Origin: Nanobdellota archaeon
Lineage (GTDB): Archaea > Nanobdellota > Nanobdellia > Woesearchaeales > UBA11576
Direction of reading: 5' to 3'
DNA: 64,000 nt
Assembly: GCA_042576705.1 (NCBI GenBank)
Contig: JBHPEY010000001.1
Location: 1,045 to 65,044 of the forward strand
Under the pieces are notes generated by a model. That model did no database searches. It saw only the letters and a list, made by a program, of their open reading frames with translations, and was not told where the DNA came from. Of this stretch, positions 1 through 9,440 are shown in pieces. Every line of letters starts with the position of its first letter. Position 1 is the first letter of the stretch. The translations under genes were made by a program, and so were the position numbers.

Positions 1-90
1 TTAGCCGACAATAAAGATAATCCCGACTTCATCAGGATTATCGAACATTAGCAGCAAGCTGCTAAGTGTCGGCGAAATGCCTTTATCCCA

Positions 91-163
91 TGGGGCCACG
101 AGGATTTGAACCCCGGTTAGAAGGCCCCCAGCCTCCAGTGATACCAAGCTACACTATGGCCCC
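91..163 (-). tRNA. tRNA-Pro (anticodon GGG), no intron
   Basis: The reverse complement GGGGCCATAGTGTAGCTTGGTATCACTGGAGGCTGGGGGCCTTCTAACCGGGGTTCAAATCCTCGTGGCCCCA folds as a cloverleaf. It has acceptor GGGGCCA/TGGCCCC, anticodon stem GGAGG/CCTTC with loop CTGGGGG, and T arm CGGGG-TTCAAAT-CCTCG. CCA is not encoded. Confidence 0.85.
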
Positions 164-212
164 GTGTGTATCACTAGAATCTGAGGTTTTATTTAAAGGT
201 TGTTTATAATAT

Positions 213-2696
213 CTAAGAGACCACCCTGCTTACATGGTCTGTCTTGTGTACACGTATCACATTCTCTACGAAACTCTCTATCTTGGGCTCGTGGCTCACT
301 ATTATCGTCTGCTTCATGTTGAGCTGGTCCAATACTTCCCTTACTTTGTCCAGCTGTTCGCTGGAGAACCCATCAGTGGGTTCATCGAGCATGATTAGGT
401 TCCTTGTGTGGATGTTGGTCATCAGGTCGTTGATGACCTTGTTCAGTGCCAGGCGGTATGCGAGGGCAACGCTGGTCTTCTCACCCCCGCTGAGATGTGT
501 GAGGTCTGTGTCATAGCCGTTCTGTGTCACGATGGGTGCGAAGGAATCGTCTATCCTCACTGATATGCTCTCGTCCTCTATCAGCGTGTTGAGCCAGGTA
601 GCGAACAGCTCGCTGAACTGGGAATGGACCTTTGCCATTATCTGCCGCTCCATGACGCCCATCAGGTTGATGAACATCTTTTCCAGCCACTCCTGCACGC
701 TGTTGAGCTGTTCCAGGGTCTTTCCTGCTTTCTCTTTCTGTGTGATGTCCTTCTGGATCGATATCATGAACCTGTCGAGGCTCTCCAGCTCCTTGTTGAA
801 TTCGCTCAGCCTTATCTCCAGGTGCTTTTCGTCATCTGTGATCTTTTCCAGTGCTTCTTTTCTCAGCTGATACTCTTTCTCTACATCACTTGATCTGGTG
901 ATCTGCTCGTTGAGGGTGAGTTTATCATTGTTGATCTGTTTCACTTCTTCCTTCAGCTGCTCCTGCATCTTAGTGAGCTGTTCTTTCCGCTGCTCCTTCT
1001 CTGCCATGGAGGCCAGGTTGTGCTTCTTCTCCTTCAGCTTCAGGTTGTACTCGTTGATCTCCTTGAGGAGCGATCTTTTCTTTTCCAGCTCTGCGGTCAT
1101 CTGCTGGATCATCCTGTCGTCCAGCTTCTCCAGGTCCTGCATCAACTTCAGCTTCTCCTGGTCAAGGTCTGCGTGCAGCTTTCTTGCGTTCTCGAGTTCG
1201 GTGGTGATCGTCTTCAGGTTATCCACTTCCACTTTCACTGCTGCGAGCCTGCGCTCTGTCTCTGTGAGGGTCTCCAGCTTCTGGTTGTGCTGCCTGAGCC
1301 TGGACTCGATGTCCTGTCTGTCTTTGTTCATCTGGTCAAGCTCTGCATCTGCCTTCTCTATCCGGTGGTCCTCTTCTTCTGCGATCGAGCGCTTGTGGAC
1401 CTCTGTCACGTCCTGCCTGCATGTGGGACAGGTGTCAAGGGATGTTATCTTCTCCTTGATGTCCTGGGAGTGTTTTTTCTTTGCAGAGAGTTCTGCCATT
1501 ATCTTCTGGTTCGCTTTCAATCGGGTATCCATCTCTTGGAGAGACTTTGTGATCAGCTCCTTGTCCTTGAGTTTTTCCAGAAGTTCGTGGTAGAGAGCCT
1601 CTTTCTCTTTTGAGAGCCTGGCTCTTCCATCTTTTGTTTCGATGTCTCTTTTGAGATCGGTTATCCTTTCCTGTATCTGCTTCTGCCTCTCCTTTAGTTG
1701 GGTGTTCCTTGTGGAGAGTTCGTTCATGCGCTTTTCCCTGTCTGCTATATCTTTCTCGACTTCAGTGATCGGCGGGAACATCTTTTCTTCAAGGAATATG
1801 CTCTCCAGCTTTCTCTTCAGGATTGTGATGGCCTGTTCTGTCTCCTCCAACTCTGAGTTGTTCTTGCTTCTGTTCTTCACGATCTCCATCAGCCTTGCGT
1901 CGCAGACCTGTGACCTGTTCTTCAGCTCATTTAGCTGCTTCACAGCCAGCTCTTTCTCTTCCAGACCCTTCCTGGAGGAGGCCTTCTTTTCTCTTATCTC
2001 TTCTACTGCAGGGAGGATATCCTTCTTTTTCCCATTGACTGTTTCCAGCTCCTCTTTCCTCTTCCTGAGCTCTGTCTTTTTCTCGTCGATGCCCTGCATC
2101 ATGCCCTGCAGCTCTTTTTTCCCTTCTTTTATCTGGCGCACGTATGCTGTCGCGTTCGCTGCTATGCGCTTGTAGCGGTCGATGCCAAAGACCTTCCGCA
2201 GGGTGTCGATGCGGTGCTCCTCTGCTTCCATGATTATCTGTTTCATCTCCTCCTGCGGGGTGTAGACTGTGTATCTATATACAAGAGAGTTTGATTTGTT
2301 GAGAAGGTCTTTCGGGTAGTTGAGCAGGGAGATGATCCTTGCCTTCAGCTCTGTGGCAGTTCCTTCTGTCTTCGACCCATTGATGCTTATGAAACCGGCT
2401 TCCTGGGATATGGAACGCTGCTGGCGCTTCAGCCTTCTTTTTATAGTCACTTCCTTGTCATCTATAGACAGCTTCAGCTCAACCTCTCCATCATCTGCGC
2501 CTTTCCTGAGCAGGGCGTCTCCTGATATTGAATCCCGCCTTGCGCCGAACAATGCGAACTCTACTGCCTGCAGTATAGAGGACTTGCCGCTGCCTATGTC
2601 CCCTGCCAGAAGGGTTGAACCCTTCGGAAAGCTTATATACTGCTCAGTGTAGCTCCGGATATTCCTTAGCGATATGGATTTTAGTATCATAATCAT
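213..2696 (-). CDS. rad50: Rad50 DNA double-strand-break repair ATPase (SMC-like)
   Basis: This lies in ORF 213..2834, and the conserved N-terminus begins at an internal Met (MIMILKSISLRNIRSY). It has Walker A AGDIGSGKSS, a very long coiled-coil middle, zinc hook CPTC, signature LSGGEKTSVALAYRLAL and Walker B LIMLDEPT. Confidence 0.9.
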   Translation of the reverse strand: MIMILKSISLRNIRSYTEQYISFPKGSTLLAGDIGSGKSSILQAVEFALFGARRDSISGDALLRKGADDGEVELKLSIDDKEVTIKRRLKRQQRSISQEAGFISINGSKTEGTATELKARIISLLNYPKDLLNKSNSLVYRYTVYTPQEEMKQIIMEAEEHRIDTLRKVFGIDRYKRIAANATAYVRQIKEGKKELQGMMQGIDEKKTELRKRKEELETVNGKKKDILPAVEEIREKKASSRKGLEEKELAVKQLNELKNRSQVCDARLMEIVKNRSKNNSELEETEQAITILKRKLESIFLEEKMFPPITEVEKDIADREKRMNELSTRNTQLKERQKQIQERITDLKRDIETKDGRARLSKEKEALYHELLEKLKDKELITKSLQEMDTRLKANQKIMAELSAKKKHSQDIKEKITSLDTCPTCRQDVTEVHKRSIAEEEDHRIEKADAELDQMNKDRQDIESRLRQHNQKLETLTETERRLAAVKVEVDNLKTITTELENARKLHADLDQEKLKLMQDLEKLDDRMIQQMTAELEKKRSLLKEINEYNLKLKEKKHNLASMAEKEQRKEQLTKMQEQLKEEVKQINNDKLTLNEQITRSSDVEKEYQLRKEALEKITDDEKHLEIRLSEFNKELESLDRFMISIQKDITQKEKAGKTLEQLNSVQEWLEKMFINLMGVMERQIMAKVHSQFSELFATWLNTLIEDESISVRIDDSFAPIVTQNGYDTDLTHLSGGEKTSVALAYRLALNKVINDLMTNIHTRNLIMLDEPTDGFSSEQLDKVREVLDQLNMKQTIIVSHEPKIESFVENVIRVHKTDHVSRVVS

Positions 2697-2714
2697 AAGA
2701 AAAAGTCCGCGGGG

Positions 2715-2722
2715 TATAAATA
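2715..2722 (-). promoter_or_regulatory. TATA-box candidate for rad50
   Basis: The minus strand reads TATTTATA about 22 nt upstream of the internal Met start at 2696, consistent with a leaderless transcript. Confidence 0.4.
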
Positions 2723-2878
2723 GGTTTTTTACTATATGTTTGAGACAACTTGTTCTGTCGACGAGTAGTCTCCTGTTGATGACAAATTTTGGCTGGTGTG
2801 TTACTACCGCAAAATTTATATACAAATACCCCATTCGGGAATGATAAAAACTAGTGATTCAATTACTGAGGTGGTAAG

Positions 2879-3790
2879 ATGAGTAGGAAGATAATGAATG
2901 TTCTAGCGGTTTTAGGTATAATGATTATGGCACTTTCGATTCTTGGTTGCCAGGGATATGAACCTCCCAAATACAAATCCCCTGCAGGGGAAGGTGACGA
3001 GGATGTGGAAGAGGTTGAGATCGATGTCACAGATGTCGAGGATGATGAGGAAGACTTCTGGGATGAGGAAGACGAAGAAGTTGTTGTAGTTGAGGATGAT
3101 GAGGAAGACTTCTGGGATGAGGAAGAGGACCTGGATGAGGAAGAGGATGTTGTTGTAGTCGAGGATGATGAGGAAGATGTAGAGGAGACCACGTCAACAT
3201 CACCTACAGGATATGTCGCAGCAACAGAATCTGATGACGATGAAGAGGCAGATTCCAAGAAAGCCCCTTACAGGTCTGTAGTCGAAGAGGACCTCCCGAC
3301 CCTGACTGTAACTGAAGGCGAGCTTGTCAAGCTCACTGTCAAGGCGACAGACGCTGACGGCGACTCGCTCACCTATGATTTCGGCACACCGCTGAATTCT
3401 GAGGGCAGGTGGAACACAAGGAACGGGGATGCAGGAGTCTACTATCCTGAGATAAAGGTCTCAGACGGCAAGGAGACAGTCATAAAGACAATAAAGATCG
3501 TTGTAGAGCCGAAGAACAACAAGCCAGTGCTGCAGTTCATACCTAATGTCGAGGTCAATGAGGGCGACACTGTGCGGCTGACAGCAAAGGCAACTGACGC
3601 AGACGGTGACAAGCTGACCTATTCCTTCAGCGGATGGATGACCTCTGACACAAAGGTCGCAGGTTATGCAGATGCAGGAGTGCACAAGGTCACAGTGTCT
3701 GTCACAGATGGCATCTCAACAATCTCGCAGGACGTGACAGTGACTGTCAAGGATGTGAACCGGGCTCCGGATGTGGAGATCGAGTTCTAA
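2879..3790 (+). CDS. secreted lipoprotein with acidic tandem repeats and two cadherin/Ig-like repeats
   Basis: It has a signal peptide ending in lipobox-like LSILGC. D/E-rich 18-aa repeats (EDDEEDFWDEE..VVVV) follow, with a 54-nt DNA period from about 3038. Two roughly 90-aa repeats each contain KATDADGD-LTY-F, as in cadherin-like Ig domains. Confidence 0.75.
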   Translation: MSRKIMNVLAVLGIMIMALSILGCQGYEPPKYKSPAGEGDEDVEEVEIDVTDVEDDEEDFWDEEDEEVVVVEDDEEDFWDEEEDLDEEEDVVVVEDDEEDVEETTSTSPTGYVAATESDDDEEADSKKAPYRSVVEEDLPTLTVTEGELVKLTVKATDADGDSLTYDFGTPLNSEGRWNTRNGDAGVYYPEIKVSDGKETVIKTIKIVVEPKNNKPVLQFIPNVEVNEGDTVRLTAKATDADGDKLTYSFSGWMTSDTKVAGYADAGVHKVTVSVTDGISTISQDVTVTVKDVNRAPDVEIEF

Positions 3791-3975
3791 ATATTTTTTT
3801 TACCTTTCTTTTACTTTTACCAGCAATGTGGGCGGCCTGCTCACTTGCCACCTTTTTTATCTCTCTTATAAACGTCCAGGATTACTTAAAAAATTAAAGG
3901 ATAGGTTTATAAAAGATAATCGCCAGTCAATATCCTGTTAAAATCATATTCCAAATTCCCAAAGAGGTAATCAAC

Positions 3976-4716
3976 ATGTCAGAAGAGAATGATTTTACAC
4001 AAAAAGTCGTTGATGATATTGTGGAGAGCGTAAAAGAGACAACTGATTCTGCTCCGCCTAAGAACTTCGGAAAGCTCGTACCTGCCTTGATAGAGAAGGG
4101 AATTGAGTCTGTGAACCTGTCCATGTTTGACCAGCCGACACGTGAGCAGCTTTTGAACGAGGTAGGGGATGAATGTTTGCGTAAGGGAAAGATCAATCAG
4201 GCTGTAAAGGCTTTCATGTTCATAGGGAATAAGTCTAAGCTTTCTAAGATAGGTCAGAATTATGAGAATATCGGCCTTTTTTCTGACGCTGTCGACATGT
4301 ACGTGCTTGCAGAGGATAATGCTAATATCGCGCGCGTGGGTGAGAAATGCATGAGTGAGAGCAAGTTTGTCGATGCTATCAAGTCATTCAAGGCATTGAA
4401 TGATCGGCAGAAGCTGCTGCAGGTCGGTGAGGAGTGCATGAAAAGGGAGAAGTGGGACTCTGCGCTCGAGATATTCTCGTTTTTAGACAGCAAGGAGAAA
4501 TTGGTTGAGCTCGGTGACAAGTGCTTCAAGCATCCTTTCTTCAATTATGCGGGGAAGGCTTACCAGCTTGCTGGTGATTCTGAGAGGCTGACGAAATTGG
4601 GTGATGAATGCATCCGACAGGGGCTTGTCAAGACTGCTTTTGATATCTATACAGCAGCAGGGAACGAGACCATGGCACAGTTCATCAAGGAGAACTTCAT
4701 GAATAAAGGGCAGTAA
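3976..4716 (+). CDS. hypothetical helical-repeat protein
   Basis: It contains five to six tandem repeats of about 37 aa with a recurring L-x-x-[LV]-G-[DE]-[EK]-C core (IARVGEKCM, LLQVGEECM, LVELGDKCF, LTKLGDECI). I recognise no catalytic motif. Confidence 0.7.
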   Translation: MSEENDFTQKVVDDIVESVKETTDSAPPKNFGKLVPALIEKGIESVNLSMFDQPTREQLLNEVGDECLRKGKINQAVKAFMFIGNKSKLSKIGQNYENIGLFSDAVDMYVLAEDNANIARVGEKCMSESKFVDAIKSFKALNDRQKLLQVGEECMKREKWDSALEIFSFLDSKEKLVELGDKCFKHPFFNYAGKAYQLAGDSERLTKLGDECIRQGLVKTAFDIYTAAGNETMAQFIKENFMNKGQ

Positions 4717-4744
4717 TGAGATAATTTTGTTTTGCTTTTTCTTT

Positions 4745-4818
4745 GATTCTTGATTCAGCTTTGGTTTTAGATGTAGCGGTTAGTTTGACAATATGTGTAG
4801 TATTAGCACCAAAGCTGA
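4745..4818 (+). repeat. module-A hairpin element (solo copy)
   Basis: The left arm gattcttgattcagctttggt and right arm gcaccaaagctga form an inverted repeat of about 11 bp around a roughly 40-nt loop containing gtttgacaat. It starts 29 nt after the stop of the upstream + strand gene. The same module occurs at 9441, 41335 and 62830. Confidence 0.7.
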
Positions 4819-5029
4819 TCTATCGTCCAGCGGTTTGACATGCGCGAAACCTTTTTCAGGATTCTACGGCTTAATCAAATAAGAATAAGGCCGCAACATC
4901 CCCAATCAGGCTTGCGCATTGTGGCGACTCAAGAATTCTTCCCAAATTTCGAGCCACATATGAATCTACTGGGCATCGCATTCAGATATTTAGGTCGAAA
5001 TTTGTTTATTTATCAAAAGAAAAAGTTCT

Positions 5030-6061
5030 TCACTCATTCGAAAGCTTCTTCAGCTTCTTCTCCAGCGCGCCCATGACCTGCTTCAGCACTGACCTGTTCT
5101 TTGTCTCGTCGACACCGAACTTCTCGTAGATCTCTCGTGTCGTCAGTGATGCGCCTCCTGCGTACCAGTGGCCGCCGCCTGAGCCGAACAGCTCCTTTAT
5201 TATCTCACCTACATTGTTCGCTGCGCTTGAGCTCCTTCCTGATACATACCACTCCCGCTGTTTCGCTTCCTCTACCTTTGCCAGGATTATGCTCATTGCA
5301 CAGCCTTCGAAGCTGTTCAGGACATCTGCGAGCTGGGGGACCATGCCGGGCTTTGTCACCTTGGCCACTCCTACACGATATTTTCCCACTGTCTTCTCAT
5401 CCATCTTCCTCAGGATGTTCAGGATCTCAATCGGGTAGCGTTTTGATTCTATCTTGCTTATCTCATCGAGGTTTGCCAGCCTTGAGAGGAAGGGTGTGGC
5501 CCTGTGGTCTATCTCTAGGTCATTGCCTTTCAGGTAGCGTTTTGTGTCTACCCGCATCCCGTAGAGCATGAGCGTCGCCAGGCCTTTTTCGTTGTCTGTC
5601 AGTTCTACGCCCAGGTTCATCATGTGGTCAGTGACCAGTGCTATTGTCGATCCTGCCTGCCTGGTGTCGTAGAAACCTACCCTGTCCAGGTTAAAATTAG
5701 AGTCCTTTGTCGGGTGATGGTTTATCACTATCGCAGGATTTCCAGCTATAGGGTATGCGTTGGACCCTTCCGGGTAGACATCCACGAAAGCCAGGATCGA
5801 GTCATCATCTGTCTCCTCTGGCTTGTGGATGAGCTTCTTCAGGTCCAGGCTGTTGTAGAGTATGTTGTTCTGAGGATATCCCCAGTCCTGGTGGAACTCG
5901 CCGCACACTACTGCCTCCAATCCGAAATGCTTTGCGATGTGAGCAAGTCCGAAGGCGCTCCCTATCGAATCATAACAGAAACCGGTGTGGCCGACGATGT
6001 ATAGCTTCTTTTCGTGGCTCTTCAGGTTATTGAGCATGCTGGCGAGTTCTTCTGATTCCAT
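5030..6061 (-). CDS. DHH/DHHA1-family phosphoesterase (NrnA/RecJ-like)
   Basis: Motifs are GHTGFCYDSIGS, DVYPEG, INHHP (the DHH position) and C-terminal GGGHWYAGGAS (DHHA1 GGGH). The start is placed at the Met (MESEEL) about 27 nt from TTTATAAA at 6085-6092. Confidence 0.75.
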   Translation of the reverse strand: MESEELASMLNNLKSHEKKLYIVGHTGFCYDSIGSAFGLAHIAKHFGLEAVVCGEFHQDWGYPQNNILYNSLDLKKLIHKPEETDDDSILAFVDVYPEGSNAYPIAGNPAIVINHHPTKDSNFNLDRVGFYDTRQAGSTIALVTDHMMNLGVELTDNEKGLATLMLYGMRVDTKRYLKGNDLEIDHRATPFLSRLANLDEISKIESKRYPIEILNILRKMDEKTVGKYRVGVAKVTKPGMVPQLADVLNSFEGCAMSIILAKVEEAKQREWYVSGRSSSAANNVGEIIKELFGSGGGHWYAGGASLTTREIYEKFGVDETKNRSVLKQVMGALEKKLKKLSNE

Positions 6062-6153
6062 AAGAATCACGGCGCAGGGGGTGTTTATAAAACATCATCT
6101 GTGATTGTTTATCTTTTTAGAGTTTTAGAATGAGATTTTCTCTTTTTGGATTG

Positions 6154-7197
6154 TCAGTCTTCATCTGCGCGCTGAAGGGCTACAATCCTTCTCAGGCAGA
6201 CGCATAGCTCATAGCCTTCCTTTTCACCCTGTTCTATGCTGTCAAGGTAGACGCGGTTTTCTGGATGTATCTTCCTGACATGGTGGCAGGTGCCTACGTG
6301 CAGTTTAGTTGACTCTTTTGATGCCAGTATCTTGTCTGGCTCGTCAAGTTCGTATTCTTCTTTTGGTGCAGCATCCTCTTCGTCTGGTTCTTCGTCGCCT
6401 TCTTCATCATTATCAGCTTCTTCTGCGTCTTCGTCTGGTTCTTCATTGCCTTCTTCGTCATCATCCTCTTCAGTAGTGTCTTCTTCATTGTCCTTTTCGA
6501 AGTCTTCTATGTGCTCTTTTACCTCTTCAGTCTCTGTGTGTTCTTCAACATCTTTTGTCTCTTCGCGCTCCACGTGAGTTTCGCCCAATGCTTCCTCGAG
6601 GCCTTTCGGTTCCTGTTCTTCAAGGTCCTCGTCTTCCTGCTCTTCAGGGGGAATCACTTCTGCTTCTACTTCTTCAGGTTCTTCTTCCTGATCCTCATCT
6701 TCGTCTGTGTCTTTGGCTGTTTTATCTTCATCAGTATCTTCTGTCTCTTCAGGTCCTTCCTCTGCTGTCTCTTCCTCTTTATCTTCTGTCTCCTCTTCAG
6801 ACTTCGCGCTGAATGCCTTGTCAATCTTTGCAGTCAGTGCCTTGCGCTTCTTCTCCAGCTCTTCACGCTCTTCATCAGTGAGCCTTGTCTTCCTGACACC
6901 TACATCGCGCAATGATTTGCCGAACTCCTTGTCCATTATGTCCTTCTTCTCAAACAGGACATTGCAGCTCTCGCAGAAATACTTGTAATAATCATTACCC
7001 TTGACATCACTGCTGCAGATAGGGCAGCCGTTCTCAATATGGAATATGAATTCCTTCTCGACCTCTTCATTCTTCAGGTCCTTGTTCCTCTTGACCTGTT
7101 CTTCAAACTCGATGAACTGCTCGAAATCGATCAGCTCGTCCTCGTCAATCCCGAGATCACTGAGTTCCTTGTCCTTTTTCCTCTTTCTAAAGGTCAT
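6154..7197 (-). CDS. highly acidic protein with N-terminal zinc ribbon and C-terminal Ada-like metal-binding motif
   Basis: The N-terminus has CPICS..(17)..CESC. A D/E-rich low-complexity stretch of about 200 aa follows. The C-terminus HVGTCHHVRKIHPENRVYLDSIEQGEKEGYELCVC resembles the Ada N-terminal zinc-binding domain pattern (C..I.PENRV.F.S..EA...GY.PC..C). The start abuts the stop of the upstream glycosyltransferase. Confidence 0.65.
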   Translation of the reverse strand: MTFRKRKKDKELSDLGIDEDELIDFEQFIEFEEQVKRNKDLKNEEVEKEFIFHIENGCPICSSDVKGNDYYKYFCESCNVLFEKKDIMDKEFGKSLRDVGVRKTRLTDEEREELEKKRKALTAKIDKAFSAKSEEETEDKEEETAEEGPEETEDTDEDKTAKDTDEDEDQEEEPEEVEAEVIPPEEQEDEDLEEQEPKGLEEALGETHVEREETKDVEEHTETEEVKEHIEDFEKDNEEDTTEEDDDEEGNEEPDEDAEEADNDEEGDEEPDEEDAAPKEEYELDEPDKILASKESTKLHVGTCHHVRKIHPENRVYLDSIEQGEKEGYELCVCLRRIVALQRADED

Positions 7198-7198
7198 G

Positions 7199-8659
7199 TT
7201 ACATCTTTTTTTGGGGCTCTTTGTAGCCGCCTTTCTGGTTCTTCAGGTCTGGTTTGCTCCTGCCTTTCTTTGTGTTAGGCCGGTTTCCTTTAAATGGTTT
7301 TTTCTTTCTCTTGTCGGGTTTGCCTTTTTGCTGGCTTTTTCCCCAGAACTTCTTCGGGATAAGGCCTGTCACCCTTGACATGAAACTCTGCTCATTGTCG
7401 AAATCGTTAAGTATGGGGATCAGGCTGTCATCAAGGACATCTGACGAGTAATGCTTGCTGAAGAGCTCAAAGTTGTTGTCAGTCATCTCTTTTGTCTTTT
7501 CCTTGTCCATGATAACTTCGTAGGCATCAGAGACAAGCTCCGCATCCACCTTCTGGTTCATTGTTATGAACCTGAATCCCTTGTCCCTGAATTCCTTCAG
7601 GTTAGGGAATGAGTCCACAACCAGGGGCTTTCTGTATGCTGCTGCCTCTATCACAGGGTTTCCGAAGGCATCGCTCGCATTAGGGTAGAGGACCATGTCT
7701 GCATGGAGGTATGCGTCATGGATCGAATAGAACTTCTGTTCAGGGTTCTGGTGACGGCCTATGAATATCCTGTCATTCGCGAAGATTATCTGCACGTTCT
7801 GCTTGTTCATCTTCTTGACGACCTCCTCGAAATAGTTGCCTCTCGAATACACCGGGGCGCCTGTAAGGATAAGGACATTGTCCTTCTTCATGATATCATT
7901 GATCTCTGCGACAAGCTTTATGCTGCGCTCCACGAACTTGTTGCGCTTGACCCTTGTAGGCTGTAGGAATATGAGCTGGTCATCCCTTATGCCAAGGGAT
8001 CTCCTGAAATCCTTGTTGTAATCGTCATGCGTGTGGAGCTTGTCCATATCTATGGTGTTGGGAATTATCTTCGATTGTATCTTCCTGTGCTCTGCAAGCT
8101 TTTGCTTTGCGCTTGCGGTGCTTGTTATGTGCACGATGTTCTTCAGGTCAGGGGGCATCTTTGACGTGAGTTTCGGGAAGTTGTTGAACTTTGAGAAGTA
8201 TGGAGCGTCCCAGGGGACGTAATGGTAGCGGCTAATCGTTGGCATATTGAGTTCTTTGACAATTTCAGTGAGGGCTATGCTCAGCGGGAAGTTCTTCGGT
8301 GAGATCAGGGCGTCTTCTATGTTCAGTATCTGGATCTTGTTCTGGACAAGGTAGTTCTTCAGCGGGCCCTTGATCCTTTTCACGAGGTTGTTGAGGAGAA
8401 TCTCTACGGCTTTGCGTCCCTGCTTGTCCAGCTTTGAGCTGAACATGATGCGCTTGACGCCTCTCACTTCAGGGTGTTTGTAGTCTATCTCAGGCAGGGC
8501 AAGATTCGGAGTGTCGGTGGGCTCGCCGAACTTGCCTGTTATCAGGTGTACGTTATAGCCCAGCTTGATGTACTTGTCTATCCACTTCTCTGCTTCGATG
8601 CTGATGGCATCTACGCACTTCAGGCGGGAAGCGATGACAGCCAGGTTCTTCTTGTTCAT
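7199..8659 (-). CDS. GT-B fold glycosyltransferase (family 1/4-like) with basic C-terminal tail
   Basis: The C-terminal half has the GT1 pattern LILTGAP...ADMVLYPNASDAFGNPVIEAAAYRKPLVV (the E-x7-E region). The tail is K/R-rich. The start is placed at the ATG (MNKKNLAV) about 28 nt from a TTTTAAAG box. Confidence 0.75.
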   Translation of the reverse strand: MNKKNLAVIASRLKCVDAISIEAEKWIDKYIKLGYNVHLITGKFGEPTDTPNLALPEIDYKHPEVRGVKRIMFSSKLDKQGRKAVEILLNNLVKRIKGPLKNYLVQNKIQILNIEDALISPKNFPLSIALTEIVKELNMPTISRYHYVPWDAPYFSKFNNFPKLTSKMPPDLKNIVHITSTASAKQKLAEHRKIQSKIIPNTIDMDKLHTHDDYNKDFRRSLGIRDDQLIFLQPTRVKRNKFVERSIKLVAEINDIMKKDNVLILTGAPVYSRGNYFEEVVKKMNKQNVQIIFANDRIFIGRHQNPEQKFYSIHDAYLHADMVLYPNASDAFGNPVIEAAAYRKPLVVDSFPNLKEFRDKGFRFITMNQKVDAELVSDAYEVIMDKEKTKEMTDNNFELFSKHYSSDVLDDSLIPILNDFDNEQSFMSRVTGLIPKKFWGKSQQKGKPDKRKKKPFKGNRPNTKKGRSKPDLKNQKGGYKEPQKKM

Positions 8660-8845
8660 GGCAATGGACACTATTTGAGTGCTTTTAAAGGTTATGGAAT
8701 GGTTTTGTTTAAAAAGGTGGGTACTGCCTTCCTGCGAGTCAATATCTTTATAAATAACCTCTTTTTCCTATGTTTCAGCCAAAGATGTGGGCGATGGCTT
8801 GCCTGAATTTGGCTGTGTAATAGCATAATAATGGAGGCCTAGAAA

Positions 8846-9424
8846 ATGGGATATTTGAAGTATATGAGGAAGGCTTGGCAGAAGCCTAAAAAGACCAATC
8901 CAGAGCTCTGGAAGGAAAGACTTCTCAAGTGGAGGCGTGAGCCGGTCACTGTGCGGATTGAAAGACCTACACGGATTGATCGTGCACGATCATTAGGGTA
9001 TAAGGCAAAGCCTGGGATCATCGTGGTCAGACAGAGAGTGATGCGCGGCGGAAGGCTGCGTGAGCAGTTCAAGGCAGGAAGGCGCAGCAAGGCTATGCGA
9101 AGGAACAAGGTCGTGAACATCAACTACAAGCAGGTCGCAGAGCAGAGGGCTGCGAAGTGCTACAAGAACTGTGAAGTGCTGAACTCATATTGGGTGTGCA
9201 AGGACGGGACATACTCATGGTATGAGATCATCCTTGTCGATCGTGATCATCCACAGATACTGAAGAACAAGGAGCTCAAGTGGATCGCTTCAACAAAGCA
9301 CCAGGGCAGAGTCCATCGTGGACTGACTTCGGCAGGGAAGAAGTCGCGCGGGATGAGGAACAAGGGCAAGGGTGCAGAGAAGGTTCGGCCCAGTAACCGG
9401 GCGCGTAAAGGGCTTTTGAAGTAA
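8846..9424 (+). CDS. rpl15e: 50S ribosomal protein L15e (eL15)
   Basis: MGYLKYMRKAWQKPKK...LWKERLLKWRREPVTVRIERPTRIDRARSLGYKAKPGIIVVRQRVMRGGR is the canonical eL15 N-terminus. A GGAGG sequence lies 9 nt upstream of the ATG. Confidence 0.95.
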   Translation: MGYLKYMRKAWQKPKKTNPELWKERLLKWRREPVTVRIERPTRIDRARSLGYKAKPGIIVVRQRVMRGGRLREQFKAGRRSKAMRRNKVVNINYKQVAEQRAAKCYKNCEVLNSYWVCKDGTYSWYEIILVDRDHPQILKNKELKWIASTKHQGRVHRGLTSAGKKSRGMRNKGKGAEKVRPSNRARKGLLK

Positions 9425-9440
9425 TTTATTTTTCTTTTTT

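Noticed and set aside
213-2696. Rad50 without an adjacent Mre11 (or HerA/NurA)
   Set aside because: The partner genes may simply lie elsewhere. This cannot be judged from one window, so it is not reported as a finding.
2863-3258. 131-aa Ser-rich ORF on the minus strand
   Set aside because: It is the antisense reading of the GAn-rich acidic repeat of the 2879..3790 lipoprotein gene. Its poly-Ser/Thr composition is a mirror artefact.
4780-4790. Conserved gtTTGACAat in the loop of module A looked like a bacterial -35 box, tempting given the sigma70 gene
   Set aside because: No -10-like hexamer lies 16-18 nt downstream in any copy. The copy at 9441 lacks the motif, so this is probably coincidence.
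6290-7000. Extreme D/E richness here and in other linkers as a sign of halophilic adaptation
   Set aside because: The acidity is confined to low-complexity linkers. The enzyme cores (guaA, RNAP, helicases) do not look unusually acidic by eye, and I cannot compute pI distributions here.
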